Assembly: GCA_964016885.1 (NCBI GenBank)
Contig: OZ024742.1
Location: 270,382,001 to 270,446,000, forward strand
DNA: 64,000 bases
Origin: Eledone cirrhosa
Taxonomy: Eukaryota
Direction of reading: 5' to 3'
Below are positions 12,398 to 27,959 of the stretch, in pieces. A model generated the notes under the pieces. The model saw nothing but the letters and a program-made list of their open reading frames with translations, did not search any database and was not told the DNA's origin. Within the stretch, counting starts at the first letter, position 1, and each line of letters opens with the position of its first letter. The position numbers were made by a program, and so were the translations under genes.

Positions 12398-12750
12398 CAA
12401 TAAAGGAGAAATTAACATATGGTTAAAAGAGTTCCATATATTTTATTATGCGCATTTCGAATCCAAAATAATCCTGGGACAAAAATTGTGTTCTCATCAG
12501 ATAAAATAAGGTAACATGATATGAGGCATAATTGCAGTAAGTCTACATATGTAGACTTAGCACTTTCCTGTAAACAAGTGCTAGTATGCCTCATATCATG
12601 TTACCTTATTGTATCTGATGAGAACACAATTTTTGTCTCAGGATGATTACATATACTTTATTATGCGCATTTCCATACGAAATGTATTGGAAATGCGCAT
12701 AATAAAGTATATGTAATTATTTTAACCATCTTTTAATTTCTTCTTTATTA
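12398..12750. mobile_element. Fold-back pLTR palindrome (centre 12548/12549) with two divergent hammerheads and a nested hairpin at 12646-12717
   Basis: Minus arm reads TATTTTAT-CTGATGA-GAA..TTC-GAAA-TGCGCA-TA-ATAAAATA (8-bp stem I). Confidence 0.75.
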
Positions 12751-13140
12751 TATATACTCCAATTGTACCAACTGTTGAGTGCCACTTATCTGATATATGC
12801 ATAGTTTTATTGTTCTACAATATTATTCACCTTCTACATTATATATATTTATATTTATAATTATGTAATAAACAACATAAGATAATTAATTTATTCACCA
12901 GTGGTTTCTTTCAACAAACTGTCAAAAATAATTTTTAAAAGCATAAGAAATGCGCAACTGGTATAAAATTAAAACTCAAAACTGAATACTAACTAATACT
13001 TATTACTAATTTATACTTATTTCTCATTAAACTATTTTTCACAGGGAAAAAATTGTCAGAATTTTCATTTCCTTTTTAATAATATATCACAACTCGTGTG
13101 TCACACCTCTGTTTTTTAAAATATATATATACATATACAA

Positions 13141-13259
<119 letters not shown>

Positions 13260-13296
13260 TATTTAAAAGAATAGAGGTGTAACACACAAGTTATGA

Positions 13297-13678
13297 TATA
13301 TTGGTAAACGGAATAGAACATGCTGACAAATTGTTCACAGTGAAAAATAGTTTAATTAGGAATAAGTGAGAATTAGTAATAGTATTGGTTAGTATTTAGT
13401 TTTGGTTTTAAGTTTTAGCGGTTGCGCATTTCTAATGCTTTTCAAAAATAATTTTGAGATAGAGCGTCCGTGATGTTTGCTCTGATCTGAGCAGAGCAAA
13501 CATCACGGACTCTCTATCTCAAAATTATTTTTGAAAAGCATTAGAAATGCGCAACCGGTAAAACTTAAAATCAAAACTTAATACTAACCAATGCTATTAA
13601 TAATTATCACTTATTCCTAATTAAACTATTTTTCACTGTCAATAATTTGTCAGCATTTTCTATTCCGTTAACCAATAT
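13297..13678. repeat. About 190-bp-arm palindrome of a dispersed pLTR-like family (other copies 12915-13105, 17975-18190, 36370-36595)
   Basis: Inverted arms seen directly, centre near 13489; GAAATGCGCAACCGGTA motif in each arm. Confidence 0.8.
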
Positions 13679-13686
13679 ATATATAT

Positions 13687-13749
<63 letters not shown>

Positions 13750-13768
13750 GACATACCCACACAAGCCT

Positions 13769-13846
<78 letters not shown>

Positions 13847-13895
13847 CAGGAAAGAAGGTTGACATGGTTTGCTATACAAAAAACGTTTTTAATAT

Positions 13896-14008
13896 CATAG
13901 CTGACAATTGTTTCTCTGAGCTGGTAGGTCTAGAGATCGCTATTCGCTTATTTTCACGTTACTCGATGGCCAATACAAAATTATAACCAGTCAAATCTTC
14001 GGAGCATG
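13896..14008 (-). ncRNA. Hammerhead-like motif with about 80-nt stem II region
   Basis: CATGCT-CCGAAGA-...-GAAAC-AATT-GTC-AGCTATG; related copy at 46310-46470 (+). Confidence 0.5.
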
Positions 14009-14118
14009 CGAGAATGAAGAGAATACACAGGCAAGAAAAGAATATACAGGCTACTATATGAAGTAGTAATGGCACTCAATTAGAACAATAAGTGCATTTA
14101 ACTATTATTTGTTACCCC

Positions 14119-14161
<43 letters not shown>

Positions 14162-14162
14162 A

Positions 14163-14243
<81 letters not shown>

Positions 14244-14495
14244 GATGGATTTGTTCTCACGAGTCAGTTCTTCCGTTGCTACGGACCCCACAGCTGAATT
14301 ACCGGTCGCCGTCTTTATTTTGCAAATACCTTTAAACTGTATGTTATTACTCTGTGGTTTTATACATTGTCGAGTGTCTGGCTGCGCTGCTGAAAGCATT
14401 CGTCGGCTTAGTTGCGGCTCGAGCTTCAAATATAGTGTGCTTCCATTTGTATATATATATATATATATATGTATATATGTTCCGTATAACCACGT

Positions 14496-14545
14496 CCATT
14501 ACGAGCTGATGATCCGCTAAGGTGAAACAACTGTTCGCAGTATGG
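14496..14545 (+). ncRNA. Minimal hammerhead motif
   Basis: GAG-CTGATGA-TCCGCTAAGGT-GAAAC-AACT-GTT; the related copy at 22965-23020 supplies CTCCGTATGG, which restores stem I. Confidence 0.55.
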
Positions 14546-14958
14546 TGAACTAACTGTTGTGTAACCACTTCTTAATTATATATATATATATATACTTAAT
14601 ACATTAACAGCGAAACGCTTTAAGCAGTACCCCGACCGACATCCCTCTCACTCAACAAACATTAGGATATACCTGAGTATAATCCCTATTATATGTTAGG
14701 GGTGCTAACTTTATTGTATTTTGCAGATACCCGGCTGTATTATTTTATATGAGACATAATTAAATACATCACTCCTTCCAAACGATGGTTTCGTTCTAAG
14801 TTTTCTACAAATTGGGAAAATAATGTCCAGGTTATGTAGAAGCCTGCATGTAGTCCATAGGTATACATGCAGGTGGGCACTTATAACTCATCAGTATACA
14901 AAACATACTGATATTAATATTCAGCGATGGTCCCCGTGTGCTAGATATATATATATAT

Positions 14959-15008
<50 letters not shown>

Positions 15009-15009
15009 T

Positions 15010-15673
15010 ATTCTAGGGTGTGTAAAATTCCCGATATCCATGGACGAGTTCTGTCCAGCGGTCACTGTCCCTCATTATGGCTGCCATGTTCTGCGTCCCC
15101 AAAAGCCTGTGTCTATCCTTAGGGCATCAACATACGTTAACCTTGGTCTTCCTCTTCCAGAGTGTCGATGTAGGGGCTTCCACAGGAGGACTGAGTGCAA
15201 TGTCAACTCTGGATGTCGGTGAGCATGTCCAGCTAACCTCAGTCTCCTATGTGTCACGTTTGAGCTGACTTTTGAAGATAGTGGACCTGATATCACTGTT
15301 CTTCAACAACACCAAAGACCACGTCATTACACCTGATAGGATGACAGAGTTCTTTGAGATACTGACTGGACTGCTCCAGGGAGATACATTGGCTCCTTAT
15401 CTTTTTATCATCGGAGTGGACTATGGTATGCGCCTTGCACTGGAGAAACACCAGGACTCTAGCTTTACTGTAGCACCGGCTCAGAGCAGGAGAGTTTAGG
15501 CGAAAAAGAAGCTGACTTTGCCGACGACATAGTTTTGGTGACAAATACAGTGAAGGAGGAAGGGGATTTGATGCAGGAGGTTGAGACTGTGTCGATGAGT
15601 TTGGGGCTGAACATGAATGACACTAAAACAAAATATCTGGTAGGGAATGTTGAGAAGCCAGAGGGGATCACTA

Positions 15674-15677
<4 letters not shown>
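15010..15677. mobile_element. RTE-clade LINE insertion with 5' inversion: C-terminus on - (15010-15271), RT core on + (15272-15677)
   Basis: RRLRLAGHAHRH..RGRPRLTYVD on -; GLLQGDTLAPYLFII..DFADDI..GLNMNDTKTKYL on +; (TA)n on both sides. Confidence 0.85.
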
Positions 15678-15750
<73 letters not shown>

Positions 15751-15909
15751 CATATACACATATATACACATGAGTAAACACACGTGAAAGAAAAATTTAT
15801 ATGTAAACATACAATATGTACACATATAGAAAGGAAATCCTTATGATTAATTACCCCTACACGCACATATACATTTATGTACAATCATATATATATATAT
15901 ATATATATA

Positions 15910-16032
<123 letters not shown>

Positions 16033-16434
16033 GTTTCTCAATTTGTTTAGCAAGATTCTTTATCTGAAAATGTGTGTTGAAACCGATATTGTTATAATTT
16101 GGGTGGGTCATGTTGCCAATAAGAATATATATATATATATACACATCCACATATATACATATGTGCACAGGCATACACATACGTGCGCATACATGCGCAA
16201 AAATATACGCATATGCATTAGTATATACATGCGTACAAACCTAAAACGATATACACGAACATACCTACACAATATAACGAATAGAACATAAAACTCGTAC
16301 ATACCCCCACCCCCCCTGGAATACATACATACATACACACATATACACCTGCCTATATGCACGAAACTATATATTGAAAAAAATACATACAAACATACAT
16401 ATATACATAAATATATAAATATATATATATTATA

Positions 16435-16483
<49 letters not shown>

Positions 16484-16488
<5 letters not shown>

Positions 16489-17400
16489 TATAAGGCTGAC
16501 GGCCGTATGTATGTAACATACTTTTTGCCAAATGGCTGAACCAAACCGCACCAAATTTGCACCATAGATGTAACCAAGTAAAACATGAGGGTATTTTAGT
16601 CTTCTGAATTTTGTTAAAAGATTAAAGACTTTACTTAAATATTCAATTCTTTAAAATTTCAGATGTCAACACTTCCGGTTATACGTCATTCCTCACTTTT
16701 TCTAATGGCGTCGCATTCGATAAAGTTTTTCGAAATATTTACTTCTGCGTTCACACACGCATTTTTTTAGTTTCAGAAGATCCCGTTAAGGATGAAAGCA
16801 GCGATTATTTGCTTAAACGTGAATCTGTTATTTTAATATATATATTCGTGTACAGATATTTATGCATACACAAAAACAAAGACCTATTTATTTCACGAAA
16901 GCACAGACGGCTTATCGTCATTGTTACTGTTCGAGGTTAGAGGACCACAATCTTTCCAAGATCTGAGAACAATCAATGGCCATCAATGTTCCACTTGCCA
17001 GATGCGTGGTATGTTACACGATGACAGCCATTGGCACCTCACACTGCAAGGAGCAGCAACTGTTAAAGTCCTTTTCAGCTGGGAACACTTTTGCTATTAT
17101 GCTGAACAACTGCGATCTCGCCGACCCTCTCGCACTGTGGAACAAACACCTTGAAGGTCTAACTGAGGATATCCTCCACCGCACACGCAGACACAATCCA
17201 AACGTAACATACGACGATGTCCTTGCCAATGAGGCGCTCATTTGTGATTAAAACAGTGTCCAGGAGATTGTTGGTAGGGCTCTAACTCACTACAGCTTCC
17301 CTGAGGTCCAGAGGTCAACGTCTACAGAGCTTCTCGGCGAGACGAGCTACGAAATCAGTGATTCTCCTATGGTCAAATGTATATACACATATGCCTGCCT
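16484..17400 (+). mobile_element. Helitron remnant (putative 5' end and Rep-helicase linker)
   Basis: LLFEVRGPQSFQDLRTING..CQMRGMLHDDSHWHLTL and FAIMLNNCDLADPLALWNKH..LTEDIL (16915-17250); TATACTATAA-type start; boundaries approximate. Confidence 0.75.
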
Positions 17401-18190
17401 CATATGCGCCCACATACAACGATATGTGAGTAGACTTAAACACATTTTGGGTATGTAATGTCATGGGGAAGTATAACTGAAATGAAATAATATAATAAAT
17501 CACGATGAACAGGTGATGGAGAAAGGGGGTGTTTAAATTGTGGTAGAAATTAAGTGTTTGTGAAGAGATCTGGATAAGAGTATATAGTTAAAAAGTGATC
17601 TGGGTAAAGATAGATTGCTGGATGAAGGTGCTCGGTGTGTATATGTTAAAGGTATGGTAGAAGAAAATAAAACGGTCAACAGGCTGCGGTTAGCACATAC
17701 ATCCCTGCTGACATTATCACAACAACGAACCTCTTTACTACTACTACTACTACACACACACACATATTTGTCGTTAAATACTTATTTCTCAGTCAGCCGA
17801 CACAAACCTACATTTGGCGCAAAATCAACTTTTAACATTCACATGACCTCTAGCGACCAATCACAATTGTTTTGACCACAAGAATTTTTGCAACATGAAC
17901 TGGCGCAAAACTTATTTTAATACCGCTGGAAACACTTGTTTACCTTAAAAACAGGTAGAATTCCCAAAACTAATCAGATCAGAGCAAACATCACGGACGC
18001 TCTATCTCAAAATTATTTTTGAAAAGCATTAGAAATGCACAACCGGTAAAATTTAAAACCAAAACTGAGTACTAACCAATACTATTACTAATTCTCACTT
18101 ATTCCTAATTAAACTATTTTTCACTGTGAACAATTTGTCAGCATTTTCTTTTCCATTTACCAATGTATCATAACTTGTGTGTTACACCTA

Positions 18191-18239
<49 letters not shown>

Positions 18240-18240
<1 letters not shown>

Positions 18241-18935
18241 CTAGATCACCTTGACCGACCAGTCTGTCGAGCATCCATTCTGGTCACAGCACGGCCTGCA
18301 TTTCTCTCTGGATCGTGCTTTCCTCATCCATGTAGTCCCAATCGTATTCTTAAAATCGTAACTCCCACAAGCAGGATCTCCAACATCTGATCACACCGTC
18401 CGTGGAAAAACCCCAGTAACAGACACACACACACAATACTTGCACTATTTTATAACCACGCCACTATACATCCACATATAAACACACACACACACGCGTG
18501 CGTGTCCCCACATACACACACTCAGCCTCCAGAATCTACACGCCCCCTCTCCCCCAACCACTCTGAACGCTCTCCATCCGCTCACACCCCACCCCAGGTA
18601 CGCACTGCTTTTTCCCCCAACTCTCACATTCACATCCAGACACACACACACAGGTACACCTACACACATAAATACACATCACCATCAGCCCTCCCCACTC
18701 CCCCCGTCTCCCTCTCCCGTCTCCACCCGTCCACCCAACACCACCCCTACACGCCTCACACCCTTTCACCACTTGTTTCTTTTAATTTTAATTTTTTTAC
18801 TCACCCAAAAATTCCGATTCCCACACTGTTTAAACTAATTTTTTTTAATGTCTTTCCACCACACCCCCACACACCCTCGGAACTCTCTAATGCCTACTTT
18901 CTCCCGATGAAGGGCTTATGCCCGAAACATCGTCC
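18240..18935 (+). mobile_element. Possible Penelope 3' end (decayed EN C-terminus, C-rich UTR) ending in a hammerhead motif at 18898-18934
   Basis: CCGATGA-A-GGGC-TTAT-GCCC-GAAAC-ATC-GTC; weak H.SGHS peptide upstream. Confidence 0.45.
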
Positions 18936-18963
18936 CCCATACCCCACTCTCAAGCGGGAAACT

Positions 18964-19072
18964 AATAATTGTTTCTACTTTTGGCACAAGGCCAGCAAAA
19001 ATCCAGTGTATTACTGGTACCTTATTTTATCGACCTCGTAAGGATAAAGGCAAAGTTAACCTCCGCGGGAAA
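18964..19072 (-). mobile_element. SINE family A fragment
   Basis: GGCACAAGGCCAGC...GGTACCTTATTTTATCGACCTCGTAAGGATAAAGGCAAAGTTAACCTC. Confidence 0.75.
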
Positions 19073-19146
19073 CTAATACTAACATTTGTACTGCCTCTTC
19101 GCTCCCACGATTTTTTGTTTTCTGTTTGCTGTCGCAACTTAAAATA

Positions 19147-19246
<100 letters not shown>

Positions 19247-21235
19247 TGCGAATTTGAAAATACCACAAGAGAGACCCTTTGGATAGCGTAGACGCCGGAC
19301 CATACCCGCAAATATATACCCTGATCTGTCTTGAATATGCATGGCCGACGGAATATGGATAACACGACCACCATCTAAGCTAGAACAGACCCCTACAACA
19401 AACAAAGAAGGGACAGCCCTTAGCATTTGACCAGTCGCGTGTGTGCTTGGAGTTCGTGAGACGAGGGGATATTAGCGAGAGACGCAATATACCACCCCAG
19501 TCAAGTCCATACTGGATTTTTTTACTAATATATCATGTACACCATTACATCCTATACAGCGAGACCTTGGATTGTGAACCGGCAGGCTGATCTATCGCAA
19601 ACGCGTGCAATCCCCGAAACTAAAAGATCGAACGGACCACACCCTGCGACCACTAGCTATTTGATCCACAGGTACATTTCCCAGAGAGTCCACACAGCTG
19701 ATAGTGAATCCCAGTTGATTCGTGAACTCGGAACTTTTAAACAAGACCAACTGTGCCTGGAGCTATGCAGATGACTGCATGCGCACAATGGATACCGCAC
19801 CCACAAGGTTACCTGTATTGTTAACCTTGCTGTATGTGTGTAAAGTATCCGTGCGTGGGATATCCCTGAGCAAATTTTGCTTGACTGTTAATTGTTTATT
19901 GATTGTTTGTTAATTAGGCAGGAATATATTATTATGTCTTTGTTAATCGTATATTAATGATTTTATAATAATTTTTTGATAGTACATTATTAGATTACTG
20001 AAGCTACCTTATACCTTCTTAACAATACATTTTATAATTATTGTCTTTTTGATTATATATTTTCTTACTTATCATTTTCTTTAATCTTGTCCAACTTGAT
20101 AAGCTCTTTGAATTGCTCCTTAATTACATTACTTAAATTACTTAAATTACTTTATCTATTATACCTAAGTTGTATCTGTTGAAGCAGCTCTTTGATAATT
20201 CCTCGCATCTCCCAAATCCCGTAATTTTTAACTTTTAATTTGTAATTTTCCTCAATTCATTTATATATATATATCTTTAAAGGCTGTCTAAAATTTTAAT
20301 TCTTTGAAGGGTCTTTCGGAAGAGATTCTTATTAAAAATATTAAAGTGGCCTTTTCTGAGGGATTTTTTGAAGGCTTTTTGAATTAACCTTTAATTGATT
20401 AATTTCTTTCAACTATTTATTTCTTAATTTTTAAAATTAAATTTAATGTTCAACCACTTAATCGTTAATTTTTAATCATGGATATATGAGATTGATTAAT
20501 CATAATTCATTAATTTTTTTAATTTCGGGGTTTGGAACTCTTAAAATTCAAATCCTAACTTAAATCTTAATATTTATATTATGTACTCCCTAAATCATTA
20601 ACTTTATTAACTAATTTTTAATTTTTAATTTTTAATTTCCGAGTTTAGAACTTTAGTAGGGATTATCAAAACTTCGTAAATTTTCTGATATTTTTTAACG
20701 AGATCTCTTAGAAAAAAAAAATTTTTGTTTTTTTCTTTTGAAGGAATTTTTTAGGAAACTTTATATTTTTTTAGGAAACTTTATATTTTTTTAGTCTCTT
20801 AATCTCTTCTGGTTTGTTAGGTTTATTGGGGCTTATAAGCTTTATGCATTTATTGAGGGATTTTTAAGGTGCTTCTACGAGATCCCATGTCTTTTACTTT
20901 TAATGCGTAACTTATAAATTCTCTAATTTTTAACCTTCAATCCCTAACTCTTAGTCCCTTTTCAAATTCTCTTAACTCCCTATATCCCATCCCTTTTACA
21001 ACTCCTACAACTAATATAAAAGAGCCCCCTTAGAGTATAGATCCCAAATATACAAGCGGAGCTGTTGATGTATACCACAATTTCAAACTGCTAATCTTGA
21101 GTAAAACGTTGATGTAAATAATGAACTTACAATCACCTGTTATATGCCTTGTACAGTCCCTCCATATGGTCGGACGAAACGGCTGTCGGCAATAAACTCG
21201 TTATAATGTCATAATAGTTCCTTTGTTCTTTTTCA

Positions 21236-21277
<42 letters not shown>

Positions 21278-21289
21278 TATATATATAGA

Positions 21290-21890
21290 GGAACAAGTAC
21301 GACCTCGATGGCAGAGCTCAAGCCGTTTCGACGGCTAATTCAGTCCAGAATTAGCCGTCGAAACGGCTTGAGCTCTGTCGTCGGGGTCATACTTGTTCCT
21401 ATTACCCACTCTACTGCCCAAACTATTGAGTACTTTGGTGCGTTATGGTCCATATCGTTCCTTACTACATTTCCTTCGTTATATATATATATATACACAT
21501 ACACAGACTCACACATACGCTCTCATGCCTTCCGAATACATATTCTTAAAAATTAATTACTTTTATAATCCTATATCTGTCCCAGAGTACCATAAACTAT
21601 AGTTGAACCTAAACCAATTTTCACTAATTTACATTTTCCGAGTACGCCACGTTCAGCGGAACTCTTCACCATGTGTCGAACACATGAATATATATATATA
21701 GAACATTGGACCATAACGCACCAGAGTACTCAATATTTAGGGTAGAATAGTGGGTAATAGGAAAATGTTTGAACCTGACGGCAGATCCCAAGCGGTTTCG
21801 ACGGCTATTACCCACTCTACTACCCCAAGTATTGAGTATTCTGGTGAGTTATGGTCAATCTAGTTCCTTACCACACCTCCTTCGTTTTAT
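21290..21890. repeat. Two fold-back insertions of one pLTR-like family (palindrome 21290-21399; inverted arms 21700-21890)
   Basis: Near-perfect arms of about 50 bp; contains the hammerhead 3' half GAA-ACGGC-loop-GYCGT-C. Confidence 0.7.
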
Positions 21891-22185
21891 ATATATATAT
21901 ATATAAATGGAACAGAATGGAACGAAATTTCATTCCTCACACTTAGTAGGGCTGTTACATAATATAAGTTTGTATACGTAAGACATATATGTGTACAGAC
22001 GTACAGTAGTATGTATATATATATATATATACATACATGCACATATATATATATATATGTACGTATCGGTTTACCGAACATTTATTATAATGTTTGGTTT
22101 GTTTGTAAACAAACAACCTGAATTACGCCGTACAGTGCTCGGCAACCATCGTCGCCTTTTGTATGTACATATATATATATATATC

Positions 22186-22293
22186 AAAATAACAGATTAA
22201 AGTTTAAGCTAAGAATCGCTGCTTTCACCCTTAAGAAGATCCCGTTAGGGGTGAAAGCAGCGATTCTTTGCTTAAACTTTTATCTGTTATTTT
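22186..22293. repeat. Palindrome derived from the CAGAAGA hammerhead-like family (monomers at 16769-16835 and 33252-33318)
   Basis: Inverted arms seen directly; the fold-back point lies in the core motif. Confidence 0.75.
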
Positions 22294-22732
22294 TATAAAT
22301 ATTTGCTCTACGGTTCTTATATATTTGATATATACTGTTAGTCTTAAAATTCAGTATTATTACTATATATATATATATATATATATATTTATTTATAAAA
22401 TAAAATAAATAATCATATGATTCCAGTTCCTCAGTGAAATAACAACCCAACCAGTAACTGGGCATATCAGAGTATTGACAAAGTTATACACCTCAGCAAC
22501 ATGTGTACTCGTCTCTACCACACTAATTCGGACTTCCTGAATAGGTCACAGCCAAAGATGGCAGTCACTGAAATATAAATGGCAGTAATAAACGAAGCCG
22601 AATTTTAAACATTTGACTTATTTATTTTATTTTATTTTACATTGCTCCGGAGTAACCAAACCAACCTGCGCCCTTCGTCGAGTGCTCCACTCTGCATACT
22701 AGGTGTTGGTATACAACCAACATATAGTCAAC

Positions 22733-22798
<66 letters not shown>

Positions 22799-23021
22799 GT
22801 GGAACAGTGGAAGGTAATATCCGTAGTGGTAGAGCACTCAGTCCATGGGACGAGTTATATACAAGTGGTTACACAAAGGTTAGTTCACCATACCAATTTC
22901 ACCTTAGTTGATCCTCAGCTCGGAATGGGCATGGTTATAGGAACAGGAAGTACAACCGTTCGAACGCTAAGATGAGACAGTTGCTCTCCGTATGGTGAAC
23001 TAACTGTAATGTAACCACTTC

Positions 23022-23083
<62 letters not shown>

Positions 23084-23094
23084 TATATATATAT

Positions 23095-24972
<1,878 letters not shown>

Positions 24973-25008
24973 ATATCCAATCTTGATATTTCCAAAATTC
25001 CAATAGAG

Positions 25009-26095
25009 CAGTGCTTCTGAACCACTTCCATATGGTCCCTGCGGATCTACGTAACATTACTAATGTACTATAGATATTTGGAATAGCTGTTACAACTGAG
25101 AACTGGAATGTCTACAGTAATTTACGGCATGTTAAATTACTAAAAATAAAAATATTCACGGAAATTTGGTTCTTTTGATAGATTTAATCAACATTGATAC
25201 TAGTTTAATAGGAATCTGGTATTTTCCTTCACTTTTCCTACAATGTATATTTAAAAAAGTGCATGGATCGACTCACATACCGCAGCATTTTGAAGTAGGT
25301 GGAACTTCATTCATCTATTTGAGAGCAGGGCCACTGACATATTTTGTTGCGATAGTAACAATTTTTTTTTCCGAAACGTAACTAAAATTAAAAATAAATG
25401 TTAAATTTCTTGAGATATGCTAACTCGGTTTAGTGTCATATTCATGATCGATATACAAGCATGGGTGATAACTCCTTTTGAAATTAATGCTGCTGATGAT
25501 GACATTTCGTTGCAGGAGACTTTCATTAATTTGCAGGGTGATGAAGCATAAAATATGGAGAACAAATGACACTGCTAAAAAAACATCCTGGGAAAAATTG
25601 CTCTACGTTATATCTTTTCCATCATCTTATCTTATCGGGTTATAGTCATGTGTCTCACTCACTTTCAAAAGTCCGTATTAGACTCGATATTGTGCAAAAC
25701 GCTGATTTTCGACTATCGTTAACATCGATGTAGCTGAAGGAAAAAAAATTTCAGTATAGCATCAACTAAAGGGATATCATTGAATAAATCTGCATTTAAA
25801 AAAAAAAGGAATTAGTTAACCAGACATTTAAAATGTTTTATTATGAAATATTTTACTAGTTTGCATAAATGTTTCATATAATTCAGTCGTTAAACACAAG
25901 TAGATGATCATTAAATAATCTTTGCTTCAAAGCAATGCATTTACAATTAATATTTCTATAATAACATTTCTCAAATTTGATATACATAAAATACAAAATA
26001 AAATGAGTTTTTTTCACCGAATGGTTATGAGGGTCCTCCTAAAATATTTAGAATAGAAGCGGTTCAATGTGTAAAAAAATGGTTGAGAAACATTG
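25009..26095 (+). mobile_element. hAT (Buster/Charlie-type) DNA transposon deletion derivative
   Basis: TIRs CAGTGCTTCTGAACCA / TGGTTGAGAAACATTG; degenerate 8-bp TSD caaTAGAg / cgcTAGAa; transposase C-terminal remnants WVITPF..LQETFINLQGD, FPSSYL, SKVRIRLDI..DFRLSLT. Confidence 0.85.
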
Positions 26096-27514
26096 CGCTA
26101 GAACATTGAATAACTTAATACAATATATATATATATATATTGACAGTTACATGCATAAATGTTCAATGGTAAAAATTTACCACCCAGGAACCATAACTAT
26201 ATTGCTCACCAATGAACCTCTTTTAAAAGGAAAGAAAATACAAGAATATATATATATTCGAACTCGTCCTTTTTATACAAAGGGTATAGAAGGCATACTT
26301 CAATTACGCGCATATACACGCTTCCAGCGACTATGATGCATTCTTGCACATACATAAAACAGTTTCATGCACAAACACCTATATCTGACACCTTTTATAA
26401 CACACGCACAAATAGAAAGGTCGCACTAAATACATACTTTATACAGTGAAAGTCACCTAACCTAAAGCCACCCACTAAAAAAGATCCCAACAGATATCAC
26501 ATATATATTCAAATAAAAATAGATTAATAAATAAACCATAAAGGAAAATTTAGAATTGTCATTACATAAAGCTAATATTATATATACCAAATATCCAGGC
26601 ACGAATATTTAGACACATCACCGCTAACTAATGTAAGGAAAGTCACTAGGGAATGTAAACAACATACAGCGAGAGAATAAATACAAGCATTCACATGTGA
26701 ATAATCTATATGAAAAAAAACTATCGTATTATGAAACACCACTCCCTTATCCTCTTAACCCTACACGAAAAAAAAAAAAAAAAAATCACCCAATATAGTT
26801 TTTTTCTCTACAAAATCTATTTTTAAAAAAATGACAACACATATAAAAAAAATTCAAGCACAGAGGGATCACAGTTGCGCAGACAAATACCATACAAGTC
26901 TGATTATTTATCACTTATAAATCCAGAGCAATACAATTTTAATTACACCAACCTGATGGCTGATTATTATGAAATTACTTATCTCCTCACCTCATTCTAC
27001 ATCGAAATAGATATAATTGAATCTGACAAATTTAAACCAAACTTGACACACCACAGGAAATACAATTACAAAGCTATGAATACCACAGATAACACACTTA
27101 ATTTAATCATTATGAACTAATCATTTAATAATATACTTTACTTATATTCCAAACTATGCAGCAGAGACAGAGGTAACATGCAGAAAAATATATTATACAC
27201 CCTACAACAAAACGTAATTCACCTATATTGATTACACTGGAGCTAAACTAACACCACATCAACCTAATCCTTTCAACTGAAAACCTCATCGTACCACAGA
27301 CATTCTACAGTAATATTACGCAACAATGTATCAGAAAGCATGTTACTATATATATGTTTATCTATATATATATACTACTAAAACTCTGTGATTGTGGGCA
27401 TGTCTTTAATTTAATACAACCATAAATCGGAGCACAGGTCCCGAGATACGTGGATTTTCCGGGTACCTTCATAAATGGAGAGAGATGGTGTTTGTGGAAG
27501 AGTAGATTGACATA

Positions 27515-27582
<68 letters not shown>

Positions 27583-27584
<2 letters not shown>

Positions 27585-27890
27585 AAGATGCATGTGTGTG
27601 TGTGTATGTGTGTTCTTGAACATGGAGGATCTTGTTGTCTCTTGAGGTCACTGATTGTGACTTGGTGATAACTCGTATGAACATAAAGCAAGATAAATGC
27701 AACTGTAATAATAATAATTGTTTCTAGTTTTTGCAAAGAGGCCAGCAATTATCCCAGTGCATTAGTGGTACTTTATTTTATCGACCTCTTAAGGATGCAA
27801 GACAAAGTTAACCTCGGCTGGATTTGAACTCAAAACGTAAAGGGCCGTAACTCTTTACTGCAAATAATGGCGTCCGACCCTCCACCAGAT
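27583..27890. mobile_element. Dong 3' UTR fragment (+, 27583-27710) abutting the (TAA) tail of a family A SINE (-, 27712-27890)
   Basis: Matches 11170-11290 and the SINE consensus. Confidence 0.75.
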
Positions 27891-27959
27891 ATTAAAGATA
27901 GTAGAAGACGATGCAGTGTGGGTTTTGTGTGTAAAATTGATTCTATAAAAGTGATTAAG

